From Botryllus schlosseri (Eukaryota): DNA of 64,000 nt. The stretch spans positions 1,366,001 to 1,430,000 of the forward strand of contig CM119373.1 of NCBI GenBank assembly GCA_051294905.1, in the 5' to 3' direction. A program made the translations under genes and the position numbers. The notes below the pieces were generated by a model. It saw only the letters and a program-made list of their open reading frames with translations, made no database searches and was not told where the DNA came from. Shown in pieces: positions 1 to 12,609 of the stretch (position 1 is the stretch's first letter; each line of letters begins with the position of its first letter).

Positions 1-234
1 AGTTATTTCTTTCGAAGCTTAAAGGGCGAACCCATGAACAATATTCACTCGCAACAATATCACTTTCCACTAAATCGACGTATTATGTCAACGCTATATG
101 AATGTGTGCCGAAATTCCAATACTTCGCATTCAAATCAACACTGGCATCGCACACTATTTCCTATAATGTAGGGTTATCATATTTTGGATTCGGGAAAGG
201 AGGACGTTCGCACAAGTACGAACCGTCATACAGG

Positions 235-1028
235 TTGAAAAGCACTTTATTCTGTAGCCGTTTTTCAGAGAAACAGTAATTTCTTATCCACAACACGAAT
301 ACCACCAGTCAGGGTTCCCCATGAACATGACAAAATTCATGACATTCAAAATTGGTGGTTCGGGTACTGTAGGAAAATTCATCATCCCTAACCAAAATCC
401 AACGGCACGCAAACCTAACCTGAGCCCACAACTCCGCAGCTGACCCTAAAACATATATAATATATTCATTATATTGTAATGTTACTAATCCCCAAGCCAT
501 AATTTTAAGATACTCTCAAACCCTCATCTTATGATTCTCCAACCTGAATGCGAAACCAATTATGACCGCTCTGAATTTTGAAATGTTCAGAGGGCACACT
601 GATTGGTGATGGTAATGTTTTATACATAACATAAGAATAGGACATGATCTATTCCTTCCCTCAAGAAATAGAATACACTAGGCCCGATTACTAGAAAAAT
701 CTAGTGACTGAATATCGTCCGTGGAACGCCGTATCTACACCACCTTGGAGTGTTAGACATATTTGCTTCAGAACATCGGCTGACAACTATCTGAAGCTCG
801 TCCTCTGCGTGACTGCGTAATCGCGTCGAGCAAGTGCGACGATGAAGTCATCGTGCCATGTTACGGGTTAAGAGATTATCCGGAGCCGCGACTGCTGCAA
901 CTCTGGAAATTTCAATAAATTGCAGCTCCATTACGGTGGCGTTCTGAAGAAAACGGCTGCGGCCAAAATTTTTTTTTCGTTCTACTCTTCAATTTGAGAC
1001 CACATCATTTTTTGAGCGCAGTGCCCCT
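235..1028 (-). mobile_element. Diverged Kolobok end (inverted relative of the left end of the 52079-55717 element)
   Basis: Ends ...GAGCGCAGTGCCCCT|TTAA (1029-1032), matching the Kolobok TIR. The reverse complements of 727-800 and 240-440 align by eye to about 52160-52240 and 52340-52530. Confidence 0.75.
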
Positions 1029-2769
1029 TTAAGTTTGTCACTGAACTATGTGGGTGGTAATTTCGTTTCCAAAGTCGAGTAAGAGCTGACTCTTCATTTA
1101 TCGCCAACAAATTTACGCAAAAGCCGTTATTGGTCTCTATTGATTTTAACGATGTTCCATACCTAGATCTGTCATGAGCTTTCACACGGTATGTCTTGAT
1201 TTTAGTATCGAACGCGGTGCCAAGTCTTAAAGTTGACACTCAATGATTGAGGCAGTTATTTCGTTTTCGAGGTCGAGTATGGTAGAGATGCGCGCTGATC
1301 TGATACTTAGCCTACCTACGTCATTGCGGATCTCACGCAAAAGCCGGTGTCGGTCTGTGCTAATCTATAGTCTGCGTTCCATAACGAGATCGGTGATGAT
1401 ATTTCCAATGGTATATCTCGATGATCGCATGAAACAGCTAACCAAGATTCTCGGTTTGCATTCAAATATTCACATAATTTTATGTTCGCCAATGTCCATT
1501 TCACTGTGAAATTGTGGCCTTCAAACCATTTGCTTACAATCCCCTGTCAATTGCGATAGCTATTTCATTTTCGATGTCGGCTAACAGCTGATCATTCGAT
1601 CAGCCTATTCCTCGATCTATTTTACTCAAAGTTCGGTGTTCGTCTGTTTGCATTGATTTTGACAGTGTACCATACCGGAATGGGTTATGAGATTGCGTAT
1701 GCTACTTCTCGATGATTTCTTGTAACAGTATACTAAGTTACGGCTTTTATTCATGTATTTATTGATTAATATATTTTCCAACGGCGATTTCGCAGCAGAC
1801 TTATAGACAGTAAGCCGTATGTGTTGTGTCACAGTCTCCAGTTTCAAGGCCAAAATGTCCTACGTTGTTCCGAGACCGAAGTTCCGAGGCTGCTGTCCTT
1901 AGTTCTTCAAAGACCATTCAAATTGATGTTCTGGATTCAATATAACAGGCCCAATCTATGAGATAACAATTGCGTATGTGTCCGAACTCGTTGACCTTTC
2001 CAGTTAGGCTTACGCAATCTCTCGAGTTCTAGTCATTGGAATTAGTCAGGTCAAGTCAAGTGCGAACATGAATCGTATTGAATCTTTATTCCGTACGTAG
2101 TTTACGCAGTTGCCTTTAGAGCGAAAATGAGAGGTCTAGAAGTTGTCCAGTCTATTGATCCAATCGTACGCCGGGTGCCTCCGCTTTGGTTGCCTATTAT
2201 CACGTGGTCGTAACCAGAGTTGGATCAATTACATTATTTCAGTTCAATTACAATTACAATTACAATTACTTTCATGAATGTTTCAATTACATTACAATTA
2301 CAATTACTCCATGCTAAAAATATCAAATTACAATTACAATTACAATTACTCCTTGCATGCATCAATTACATTACAATTACAATTACAATTACTCCTTGCA
2401 TGCATCAATTACATTACAATTACAATTACAATTGCTGCTGTTGAACATGTAATTGAATAGTCATAAATTCAACCGTGGTCCTTGACAACCGTAGCGTCGT
2501 ATTTAACAACAATTCAAGTCTAATTCAGATTGTGTAGTAATAATTGCGTTGATGTGCGTACATAGTATGCTATGTAAGATGTCACTGTGACGTAATGTAA
2601 GCGTGTTTTGTATGCTAGGTAATTATGGCTCACGTAATTGGAAATGTAAAATGTTATTTACCTAATTTCCTATGGGTTAGGATTGAGGATAGGGTGCAGT
2701 ATTTGCAGGATTTGCGTATATAGTATATAATTAAAGAAACAATTAAATAGTATATTCATATTGAAATGA

Positions 2770-2803
2770 ACCCGAATATTTTCGGCTGACACTCGTCAGG
2801 GGT
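2770..2803 (-). ncRNA. Minimal type I hammerhead ribozyme (inverted copy)
   Basis: Exact reverse complement of 2903-2936. Confidence 0.75.
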
Positions 2804-2902
2804 AATCGTCAGCAACTAGTAGAGAATTGGAAAGAACATTGTATATCAACAATCGTATCACATACAATGTTCTTTCCAATTCTCTACTAGTTGCTGACGA
2901 TT

Positions 2903-2936
2903 ACCCCTGACGAGTGTCAGCCGAAAATATTCGGGT
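2903..2936 (+). ncRNA. Minimal type I hammerhead ribozyme (Penelope type)
   Basis: ACCC-CTGACGA-GTGTCAGCC-GAAA-ATATT-C-GGGT: core boxes CUGANGA and GAAA, stem I ACCC/GGGT, palindromic stem III AATATT, UUC cleavage triplet. Confidence 0.75.
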
Positions 2937-5099
2937 TCATTTCAATATGAATATACTATTTAATTGTATATTGAAGTTCTGTACCTCCAAGAAGCTCTTC
3001 AATTAAAGAAACAATATTATTTTTATCGAGGGACGTAGGAATTAGGATGAGGAGTAAAAACAAAACCGTGCTTTGTCAGATAAGACGTTATATAATATCC
3101 AGTGGTCTGGTTAGTTAGCCAGACGAAATAACGATGCATCATCGTGATCTGAAATCGTATTGTAGATTGCCAACCCACGGATAGATGCGCAATATGTGAG
3201 TCACGGATGAATGCACCGACAAACGTACTGAAAAGTCGGCTAAAACCAGCAAACTTTATAGTCCTAGAGCTGGCGATCCATGCGTCCAAATTTGATGCAT
3301 CTGGTCTTCATCGTAAGCTATTGATGTACTAATTCCGAAAATACAAAATAAAATCTCGTCAGGGCAATGTAACTGCTCCAAAATAGCCGTTTAAGGCCGA
3401 CTGTTCTGAAAAGTGAGAGCGCTGCAGTTACGCCCATAGCGATTGTTCAGAACAATGCCGATTCCCAGACTTTCACGACTATTTTGGGATGGTACCATTG
3501 CCTGGAAATATACTTTTATTGCGGAATCAGTGCGACACTAGCTTTCGATTACGACCATACATATCAAATTTAGACTCTTGGATCGCCAGCTATGGGACTA
3601 TCAATTCTGCTGCTTTTAGCCGGCTCAGCAGTTCGCTTTTCGGCGTATTCAATCGTGAGCCACGTGTTGCGAATCCATCGGTTGGTTAGTAATTTAAAAA
3701 TTGTATGGAATGGCAGCCGAGGCCAGCATAGCGGTAAAAATAAAAATAAACTCCGCCCGCAAGGGCGCGGTCAATGGCCTTCGCGAATGGATCCACCAAA
3801 TTCTTTGTCGTTCGTTTAAAGAGAATGCATTATAAGTCAATTGTTTTATGTTGTGCTTGTCAGGTCTCAATAGCAATTTAATGTAATTGAAATTGTAATT
3901 GAGCAAAATTTTTGTCAAATTACAATTACAATTACAATTACACAAAATAAAAATGCTTCAATTACAATTACATTACAATTACATTGAAAAATGTAATTAA
4001 TTACATTCAATTACAATTACAAATTACAATTGATCCAACTCTGGTCGTAACCAGAGATGGCCACAGTCCGGAGCAGGATTTCAATGTTTTTTTACCTGGC
4101 CGGACTGGATCCGGATTTCGAATTTGGGGTGACGGTCGGATTTTAGGGTCTATCGATTTGCGTAATCTATAACTCTACCATGAAATCAAAACGCATGCTA
4201 CTAAGGATGACCTGATACTTGATTCGTGGCATAGGGACGATTCTTAGTTCACGTACATTTTGTAAAATAATCCTTTGATTAAAAATAAATGAAGAAAACA
4301 TTTGTTACCACACTTCAAGTCACGGCTCACCGGCAAACCTCTCGCGGCACCTACGTTAAAATCACTGTTGTCGGAAAATTCATGTGACCATCATAAAGTT
4401 ACTTTTTTACGTTGGAAAACGCCATTGTGACGTCATGTTGATAAAAGTCGCTCGCAGCCCTTGCCCCACCACCCGATATTGTCACGAGCCGCCACTGCAT
4501 GGAAGGTTATGGCTGTTGATGAGAGAATTCTCAAATATGAAACCAGACTATACACAGTGAAATAACTATGAATTGCACCCAGCGCGAACAATTTTTCTGT
4601 TGACTGCAGTTTCGCGCCTCCTTCAGATGCTTTCATGCCTTAGGGGCGCTGCCCCAGTTTGAGAACCACTGCATTCAACAACGAGTAATCAAACGAAACA
4701 GAGACGGTGCGATAAAAGTGTCAAGTATCTAAATTAATTTGTAACAATACTGTGTTAGCAGTACTTGCGTTTATAATGAAAGATGTCGCGGGCCGCAAAA
4801 TAAACGTCTGCGGGCCGCGGGTTGAGAACCCCTGTGCTACACGATACCCTCGTCTGAGGGTATCACGATTCAAAACAATAACAATCTAAACTCGAGCGTA
4901 TATCAAGAATCCAAAACACATCAAAGAATGTGTAATCAAACGAAACAGAGACGGTGCGATAGAGAGCCAAGTAGCTAAATTGATATGTAACAATACCGTG
5001 CCATTAATAATTGGGTTCACGATGACAGATGTCGCGGGCCGCAAAATGAACGTCTGCGGGCCGCATGCGGCCCGCGGGCCGGGGGTTGAGAACCCCTGC

Positions 5100-5760
5100 T
5101 TTAGAGCATAGCCTCTGTCTCCCAGCAAAATCCCATTGTATTTTTTTCTGGTCGAGCTCGTATTTTAATCTGGAGTGTGAAAAAATTCTGGAGTCATGAC
5201 TACTCCCTGGCTATCGCACAACAGCATTAGTCACTATTATCTTGGTATTCCAGTCCATTTGACGGATCAAAGAAAAATATCCTTTCCTGCAACGATAAAC
5301 TTCTGGTGCAAAACCACCAGTGGACTTTATTGGGGTATGGGTACCATCAACTCAGCGATGACATTTGGAACTCCACCTATGTCAAAGAAATCATTCTTTG
5401 TTTGTAACGAATCATCCAATCGTGGGATACATTTTATCTATTCTCTGATAGTGTTCGAGAAATGCAGTGGATGCTTCCGCGAGCGGTTGTCCGACTTACA
5501 CCATTGAAGTCAACATCTGTTTGTTGAAAATGACCGTAGCAAAAAATCGGAGAGCACAGAGCAACTGCATCGTGGGGTGCAAAGCGTGGCACCGTACATC
5601 CAACCGTGGGCTGTCTTTAATCATGTCCAATAGAATTACCGTAGCTCCCTCGGAAAATCTGTAGCGGTAAACGAGTCTGCGAGCGGTCTCCCAAGTAATG
5701 CCTGGGCACAAAAATTGTATTCTCGTCGTCTGAACTGTCAACTACGATGTCCAAAATATC
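5100..5760 (-). pseudogene. PIF/Harbinger (HARBI1-like) transposase remnant
   Basis: Across frameshifts the minus strand reads YRYRFS, QLLCALRFFAT, DGTHTPIKS..EVYRCRKGYFSL and LLGDRGYAL, in the order of the Harbinger DDE motifs. Confidence 0.75.
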
Positions 5761-6487
5761 CAGCACCGTAACTGCCGCACCCCAAACCCCCAATTGGGGG
5801 GGGGGCGAGCTCGAAGGGGGCCCAAAACTATTTCGTGAATTAGCATAAATCATAGAGTATTTTTTGTAAATTTATGCAATTTTTTCAAATTTTTTTTTCG
5901 CGCTGGGCGCGAATTCAAGTAGCCATTTATCTTTATTATTGGGTATTGGGCCGTTATCGCGCCACGACCCACCAAGACATATTATCAGGTTTTAGATCAT
6001 ATAACATGCGACTTCAAGAAGTGTGCCAGAACTATCGGCAGCGAGAAAACCTTGGCCAAAAAAGTTGTTATGCCCTTATGCTGACCGACGACTTCGTTAT
6101 ATATACATAATACATCTGGGTTTAATTGTCCATAGGCGCCTAAATGACTGGCGCCGAATGTTCCTGTCTTTGCAATCTGAACCGCACAAGACAAATACCA
6201 TCCCGCTGGGAAAAAATTTATGCCAGTGAAGAAATACCAATTTGAAATCTTGTGCGTCTCTTAGTTTAGAAGCCTGCGTTTGAGCGATTCTATATTTATT
6301 GTTATAGCCTACGTTTGAGCGATTCTATATTCTTTGATATAGCAGACTGGAAGTCGCGAAATAACGAAGTCATATCAACGGGTCCGCCCGCCCGAAGATG
6401 TTTAATTATTATTTACGGGCCCTCCCGTTTTCAAGACACTTCACTCAGCTCTACCGGTTATTATTATTATTACGTGAGTAGAGAGTT

Positions 6488-6985
6488 TCACTGCGGTCGT
6501 TGCCCCGAATATTTCAATGACTTCTTCACGTCTGAATCAAAAGCGCACAAGTACAACACACGCGCGTCCACGTCGTCCAAATATCATGTGATCGACCGAA
6601 AAGATCATCGCTCTATCGGATATGCCGGACCTGATGTGTGGAACAGTATCCCGCCGGCCATCCGGCAGTCGAAGAGCATGTCCACATTCAAGTCGAAATA
6701 CAAGCAATTACTACTAAATAAATACAGTCCATCCTCAAGATACCGGACCACGACTGACCTATCGGTATCGCTTCCCATGACATGCCGCCCTATTTCTTGT
6801 CGCTTCCTTTTTCTATACGACCTTCTTTACTTTAATTCATTGTGCATGCCTCCTCTTTACATCGCCTAGGCCAAGGTGGGTGTCAGATTCCATAGACAAC
6901 TCCTAGTCGCTTCAACGTCTTCCTTTCTTTTCATTGTATCGCATTTTTTGTGGTGTATTGAACTGATAATGCTAATAAACCAACA
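6488..6985 (+). mobile_element. 5'-truncated CR1/L2-group (Crack/Daphne-like) LINE 3' end
   Basis: ORF2 C-terminal signature PEYFNDFF..HKYNTR..SIGYAGPDVWNSIP..FKSKYKQLLL, followed by a 3' UTR with AATAAA near 6975. Confidence 0.7.
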
Positions 6986-7282
6986 AATTGATAGCATAAT
7001 ATATATGCAATCGCCGATCTGATTGACCGATTTTATCATAAATTATCGAAAATTTTCGCGCCTCGTGCTGGCTCACAATACAGTACAGATAATTTCGTGA
7101 CAAATGCGAACAACGTGATGGAGGGGTCGTTTCATCACCCTATGGGAGCCCAAGACTCACGTTTTTGGGGGGCCTGACGAGGTACTGTTTCGTTCCTGCC
7201 AACGGGTGATGATGTTCAAATATTATTGAGTGGTCCTACCATTTCAAACACACCTCACTCGGCTCTGCCGGCCAATCCGATT

Positions 7283-8434
7283 CAGAGATGGGCACAGTCC
7301 GGTTCAGGAGGCTGAGCAGGATTTTGATCAATTTTACTGCAGCCGGATCGGAGCCGGATTCTGAAACTGCCGTGTGAGCCGGATTTAAACAGGATTTGAT
7401 ATTCATACCAAATATTGGGTGATAAAGGTTCAAGATATCTTATAGTCAATGAAAAAAGCGGCTTCGATATTACTTCCGTAGTTGAATGCATTCATTGCTA
7501 TGGATCAAGCCCAGGCTGGTTCCGACAATAAGTGACAACGTTGAAACCGCTGATACCGGTCATGTCGTTGAAATGCGTAAGCAACATAAGTAAAGTTTCT
7601 GCAGTGATGAGATTACTGCTGGATGAGATGAGGACGAAGACTGGCTCCAGCAAGCGAGCTGCAGAAGTGTTTGTTTTCGAATTCAGTTGTTCCTCAGATA
7701 TTGATTCTTATCCTTCCTGTTCATCAGCCATTAGGGTACTTGATATCAGTTGTCAGGATGACAGAAAAGCGAGGTGTCGGGGTTGTTGCAGAGGTAACTG
7801 GTGGTTCTGATTTCTGATATCATTTGGAATGATTGTGTGGTGTGGTAATGCATGAATATATGCTGGCATGGTCAATCGGTCATGTTTATAATTTCGGAAA
7901 CACACTAGAACTGAAGTACCAGCGGTACTATCTGATTGATTGTGCACATCATGCCACTTCTAGTAAAAATTCAGTTCCATTCTTCAGTAGTAGTATAGGC
8001 CTAGTTGTCTTGGCCAAGTCACAATGCACAATACCGTATCTGATTTTGTTGTTGGCATCCTGGGTTACTATGTTTACCTTCTCCGCAAAGCAATTAATAT
8101 TGCTTTCTCTGTTCTCGAAGTCTTTTTAGCTCATTTCCCCTGCCTAGTTCCTACTACTTGGATTTCTATTCAAGATATATACCGTACCTAACATTGATTT
8201 GAAATATGATATAAATGAACCCTTGTAAGGCATTACTTGATACGGTACTAATTTGTTGATTATAATGTTCACATCTGTTTTGCAGGCTATATTTAATGTG
8301 AAATAGCACTAAAGCAATAGCAGGATTTTTTCGGATCCTAATTTTGTTGCTCAACTGTCGGACTCCGAAAACCTATTTGACTGTCGGATCAGGACGGATA
8401 CGGATTCCCAAAATCTGGAATCCGCCCATCTCTG
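7283..8434. mobile_element. hAT non-autonomous element
   Basis: TIRs CAGAGATGGGC / GCCCATCTCTG; exact TSD ATCCGATT (7275-7282, 8435-8442). A related left end starts at 4052. Confidence 0.85.
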
Positions 8435-9673
8435 ATCCGATTACGTGAGCAGATTGAAGATTAAAATTGATAACAATACAATTCGCGATCATACTGACCG
8501 ATTAAATCATGAATTGCAGAATTTTCCCGCGCTTCGCGCGCTTAGGCGTCAAAACCCTATGGGGGGCCCAATACCAAAGTTTTAGGGGGGGGCCTGTTGA
8601 AGTGCTGTTACGGCCCTGTATCCATCCTACAGAGAGTAATAAATACAGTACCAGTTAGCAACGCCATCTTTAGAACATGAAACATGACCAAAGTCGACGA
8701 CATCTCCAATCAGCATTGCCAAAGCAATATTTACTACGAAGCAACCTTCCACGGATCACTACATTTTGCGTCATTTTGACGCAAAAGCGTCCTACATCCT
8801 GGATTTGTAGATCCACTAATTTTGCACGAAGATCCAATTGTTTGGTGTACGGATCATATACTGGTAAATCTGGAGATCTTGGAACTCCCAGATTAAGCGA
8901 GAATCCAGGATGAATTTACTCAGCTTTTTGGCCTCCACCCTACAGATCAACCAGGCATCCACCCTACAGATCAACCATATCAAATCTGCCTGAAAAAAAA
9001 TTTCACGCTCCAGTCTATGACGAAAAATTACCCTCAACATCTGAAATGTGCATTGTTCAGAACAATCGGATAACCGCGACACAATGGCCATAACAATGAC
9101 CCGTTGCGACTATCCGATTGCTCGAACAATGCCGTCGTTTGCTTGCTATCTGGACTCTCATTATATGTCTCTGATACATATAGTATATTATGCTGATAGC
9201 GCAACGAACTTTGCTAAAACCTTCAAGAGTGACTGTGGCTCACAAGCTAATTTTCGTGTTTTACAATCTGCAATTTCACATTAGTACTCTCCTTGAATAT
9301 TTTTGGATATGGTGATGCTATTTGTATTAATTGGGTTCACGCCATAGTATTTCACTTTGTGTCCTAATGCAGTCCCATACATGGGTTTCTCGAATAGCAG
9401 GTTGACATTCCTTCTCTCTAAGAATTACGTAATAGTGTAAAAAATGAGCATGCGTAATACGTTTCTTAGAATTTCATAATCCAAAGTTCATGTGCTCACC
9501 ATACAATTTATTTTTGGGGTCGGGCAAAAAATATTCGAGAACCTCTGCTTTATAGACGATATACGCTTTGCGACTTATGTTCCATTTTATTGAACAAGAT
9601 AACTGCAACAATACAGCTTGTACCGGTACATCGTTTAATTATCAATGATCAGAGAGGATGAGATTTTGTACCG

Positions 9674-9833
9674 TTTTTTTTTTTTTGGGGGGTATTCATG
9701 GTGTTTCTCGACTGCTATGGTCATTTACACCAGGCCGATATTCTTTTGTATTTTCCGTAACTGCCGACTTATAGCACGGCCCACCTCTAGGCTTTTGTAA
9801 GACACCGCTGACGCGGATGAGGTGGCGAGGAGG
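9674..9833 (-). mobile_element. 5'-truncated tRNA-derived SINE (family A)
   Basis: Matches the 3' part of 57830-58108; flanked by direct repeat ATTTTGTACCGT. Confidence 0.8.
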
Positions 9834-10902
9834 AATTTTGTACCGTATTATTAGTATGATAACTGTAACAATACAACTGGTACATCATTTAATTGTCAAT
9901 CATCATAGAGGATGGGATCTAGTTGGTATTATACATATTTTATTATTCAATTATGCCAACAGCAACAGATAGTGATGAGATTAAAGGATAGGACTCAGGT
10001 ATTGAAATGACATGAAGTCGTTCAACCAGACGACTATTTGGCCAAGGTCATCATATATCTAGTAGGGTTTGTGTCGAATCCAGTCCTGCCTGGTGTAGTA
10101 TTGGCAGCTAAATGGAGAAATTGATAATGATTCAACCATTGCAGTTGATGATAGGATAGAGTCATAATTTCAGCACTTCAATCATAAGGAAGAGACGCCA
10201 AGAAATACCGTCATTTTCGTCGGCTAATAGCTATTTGATATCCATATGGATGATTTATATTGATATGGGTACTTTCACCATCCTCGTTGTACGCCAAGAG
10301 ACGAAATTGGCAGTCCCATAGTAAAGCATATAGCAACAAAACGGATTTGGGTCGAGTTATCTTTATCGCCACCGCGTGTCCAAAATGAAGTGGGTTCAAC
10401 TTCTTCAACAATTCATTTATTTTAAACATTGAGCTAGATGTCACGAAAAGTTGAACGTCAACTTAACTAAAGTTCACTGCCTGAACTTGTCGTGAAAAGT
10501 CACTGATGCATATATTTTGCATTCTTCACACAGTCTTCACTGTCACAGTCTCCGCTGAAAGCATTCCAGAGTGCATCTGCTCCTTGATCTTGTGCGGCAG
10601 GACACTCAACTGATCCACCTTCTTTTATAGTTGTTCAAAGCCATGAAAAACAATGCTGTTTTCGACAGGTGCACAATTGTTGCTTGGGCCATCGTCAGTG
10701 TCATTTTCCGTCTGCATCGTTTTCAAGGTATACATTGGTATTTTAACGTTGACGGTCAGACGAAATCATACAATACAAAAAAGGTGGACCTGACTCGAAA
10801 GAAGAATCCTAATAAATCGATATCCTCACTACCATGATCAACATTACCAATAACTAATAAATCCATATTACGTAAACAAACAACATCAATTTCCATTCCT
10901 TC

Positions 10903-11054
10903 TCGCCATCTCATCCGTGTAAGCAGCGTCTTATAAAAGTCAAGAAGTGGGCAGTGCCAAAAGTCGGCGGCTACGGGATAGAAATGAAGAAATATGGCCT
11001 GGTGTAAATGATCATAGTAGTCGACAAACGCCACGAATACCTCAAACAAACAAA
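10903..11054 (+). mobile_element. Diverged SINE family A fragment
   Basis: GGCCTGGTGTAAATGA..ATAGTAGTCGACAAAC core and (CAAA)n tail. Confidence 0.7.
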
Positions 11055-12600
11055 CCCATTCCACTCTACGCGGCAAGCTGCCTTTGTTGCTGCCTCCCTA
11101 CTAAAGATTATACCTTTGAATCTGCCCAGTTGTTTCTTCGCGAGTCCATCTATGGCACTTTTGACGCTCTTGAAACGAGAAACCCAGTTTATTGAATTGA
11201 AATTGGACATAGCTGAAAAAACTCACTCTCTTTATGGCTGTTGCCACATGTGTGCATTCACTAGTTTTTCGTTTTTGGCGTGCGACATATATCGGCTGCA
11301 TTCACAACTTTTTTCTTTATTGGCGTTCGTGAAGATGTCATCTCGTATTGCGCATCACTTGAAGAAGCATGGATCCGTGTTTCGTGTATATTTTCCGATA
11401 TGTCAGACTGTTTCTCGGGAGAGTCTAAATGCCCACCCTTTTTAGAATCCCTTTGTTCACAGGTTTGATCAGGTGATTGTGATTTTCCATCATCTGCAAC
11501 GAAATAACATAACTTAAGATGAGAAGCTCCGCTATGTTCACTGATTCGTAAGTAGTGTCTAAAATACGTAACTCAAAACACGAATACTCTCGCATTACAT
11601 TCATCATTTATTACCATAATCAGTTTGGGGAAGTGAAGAATTGTAATAATCATATGCATTTATATGCACTATTCAAGTCAGTACCATGCATATTGCCGAC
11701 GTACTTGGCAACCTTCGTAATTTCTCGAATTCCAGGTGGTCGCTGATACACATTTTTGTTCATTTCCGCTGAATGCCCCATATGGCTGTAGAATGCATGT
11801 CGCTGATCTTCAGGTATGTCGAGATTGGCGTAGGGGTCGATGCTCTGTGACGCATTCAAGTCGCTTTTATGTGCGTGTCCAATCCCGCTGCTTTGGCCAC
11901 ACTTTGTACATTATGATATTCACTAGCATGTACGTCAGAGTGGCGTGTACTTGCAAATATAAACATATTTTTTACGCTTATTTGGCATTCTTTGCGTACA
12001 CCTTCGTCTGCTAGGAAATCAAGCCCTTTGACGCAGTTTGGTGGCACCAACACTGGAACCAAATGGTTTATCCCTTTCCCACATTGGTATATAACCTTGA
12101 GATTCTGCCACAGAACCTGTTCATTGGATCACAAGCCTTCGGTTCTCTGTAAATTGATCCCTTTTTCGTTTTTACTATCGATCCAGTCGATCCTTGATGT
12201 GAAGACGACTTGGCTCACCACCTCTCCTGGCATTAAACAAGATTAACCTGGAAATTACCAAGTCCCTGATGAAAATGATTTTTTCTGCATATGAGGCATC
12301 ATACTAGTCAGCAAGTAGTGTCTCAAGTTGTTTCACCGTATAATCCCTTAGTCGTTTAACTTGGCCTTCATTCGGAAGTCTGGTTAGCTTTCTCAAATTT
12401 TCGATTCTACTATGTGCTGCCTGGTACTCTGCGTCTGCGAATATGACAGACCATTGCATCTTCATTACATCTTCAAATTTTATGATATCTTCTGCATCTT
12501 TGTCGATATCCTGTGTTAAATAGTGTGCTTTCAGTCGTTTTACTGTGGTTTTCAGCAAATTTGAAATCATCAGTTGTAGCCCGTATTTCAAGTTTCCTTC
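11055..12600 (-). pseudogene. Decayed eukaryotic tyrosine-recombinase (phage-integrase fold) transposon gene
   Basis: Across stops and frameshifts: RLILFNARRGGEPSRL (box I Arg), YQCGKGINHLVPVLVP (Lys), KAT*MRHRAST (box II), HMGHS and VYQ (catalytic Tyr). A downstream segment reads HRWTREET..KGSLP. Confidence 0.65.
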
Positions 12601-12609
12601 ATTATCGAC

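Larger units (their letters stand above)
2739..3000. mobile_element. Penelope-like pLTR insertion forming a 106-bp inverted repeat
   Basis: Arms 2739-2844 and 2862-2967 with a 17-bp spacer. 15-bp flanking direct repeat AATTAAAGAAACAAT (2729-2743, 3001-3015). A close homologue lies 3' of a GIY-YIG remnant at 32905-34410. Confidence 0.8.
2215..4043. mobile_element. hAT non-autonomous element with subterminal (CAATTA)n arrays
   Basis: TIRs CAGAGTTGGATCAATT / AATTGATCCAACTCTG; exact 8-bp TSD GTCGTAAC at 2207-2214 and 4044-4051. Confidence 0.9.

Noticed and set aside
1040..1510. Possible piggyBac remnant (EQL..FRGR-like stretch near 1250-1280)
   Set aside because: It is a single short motif that needs a frameshift, with no other supporting motifs or termini.
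2220..2460. ORFs with ITITIT / LQLQLQ / NYNYNY runs, and a CRISPR-like look
   Set aside because: These are translations of the (CAATTA)n arrays of a hAT element. There are no unique spacers or cas genes, and the DNA is eukaryotic.
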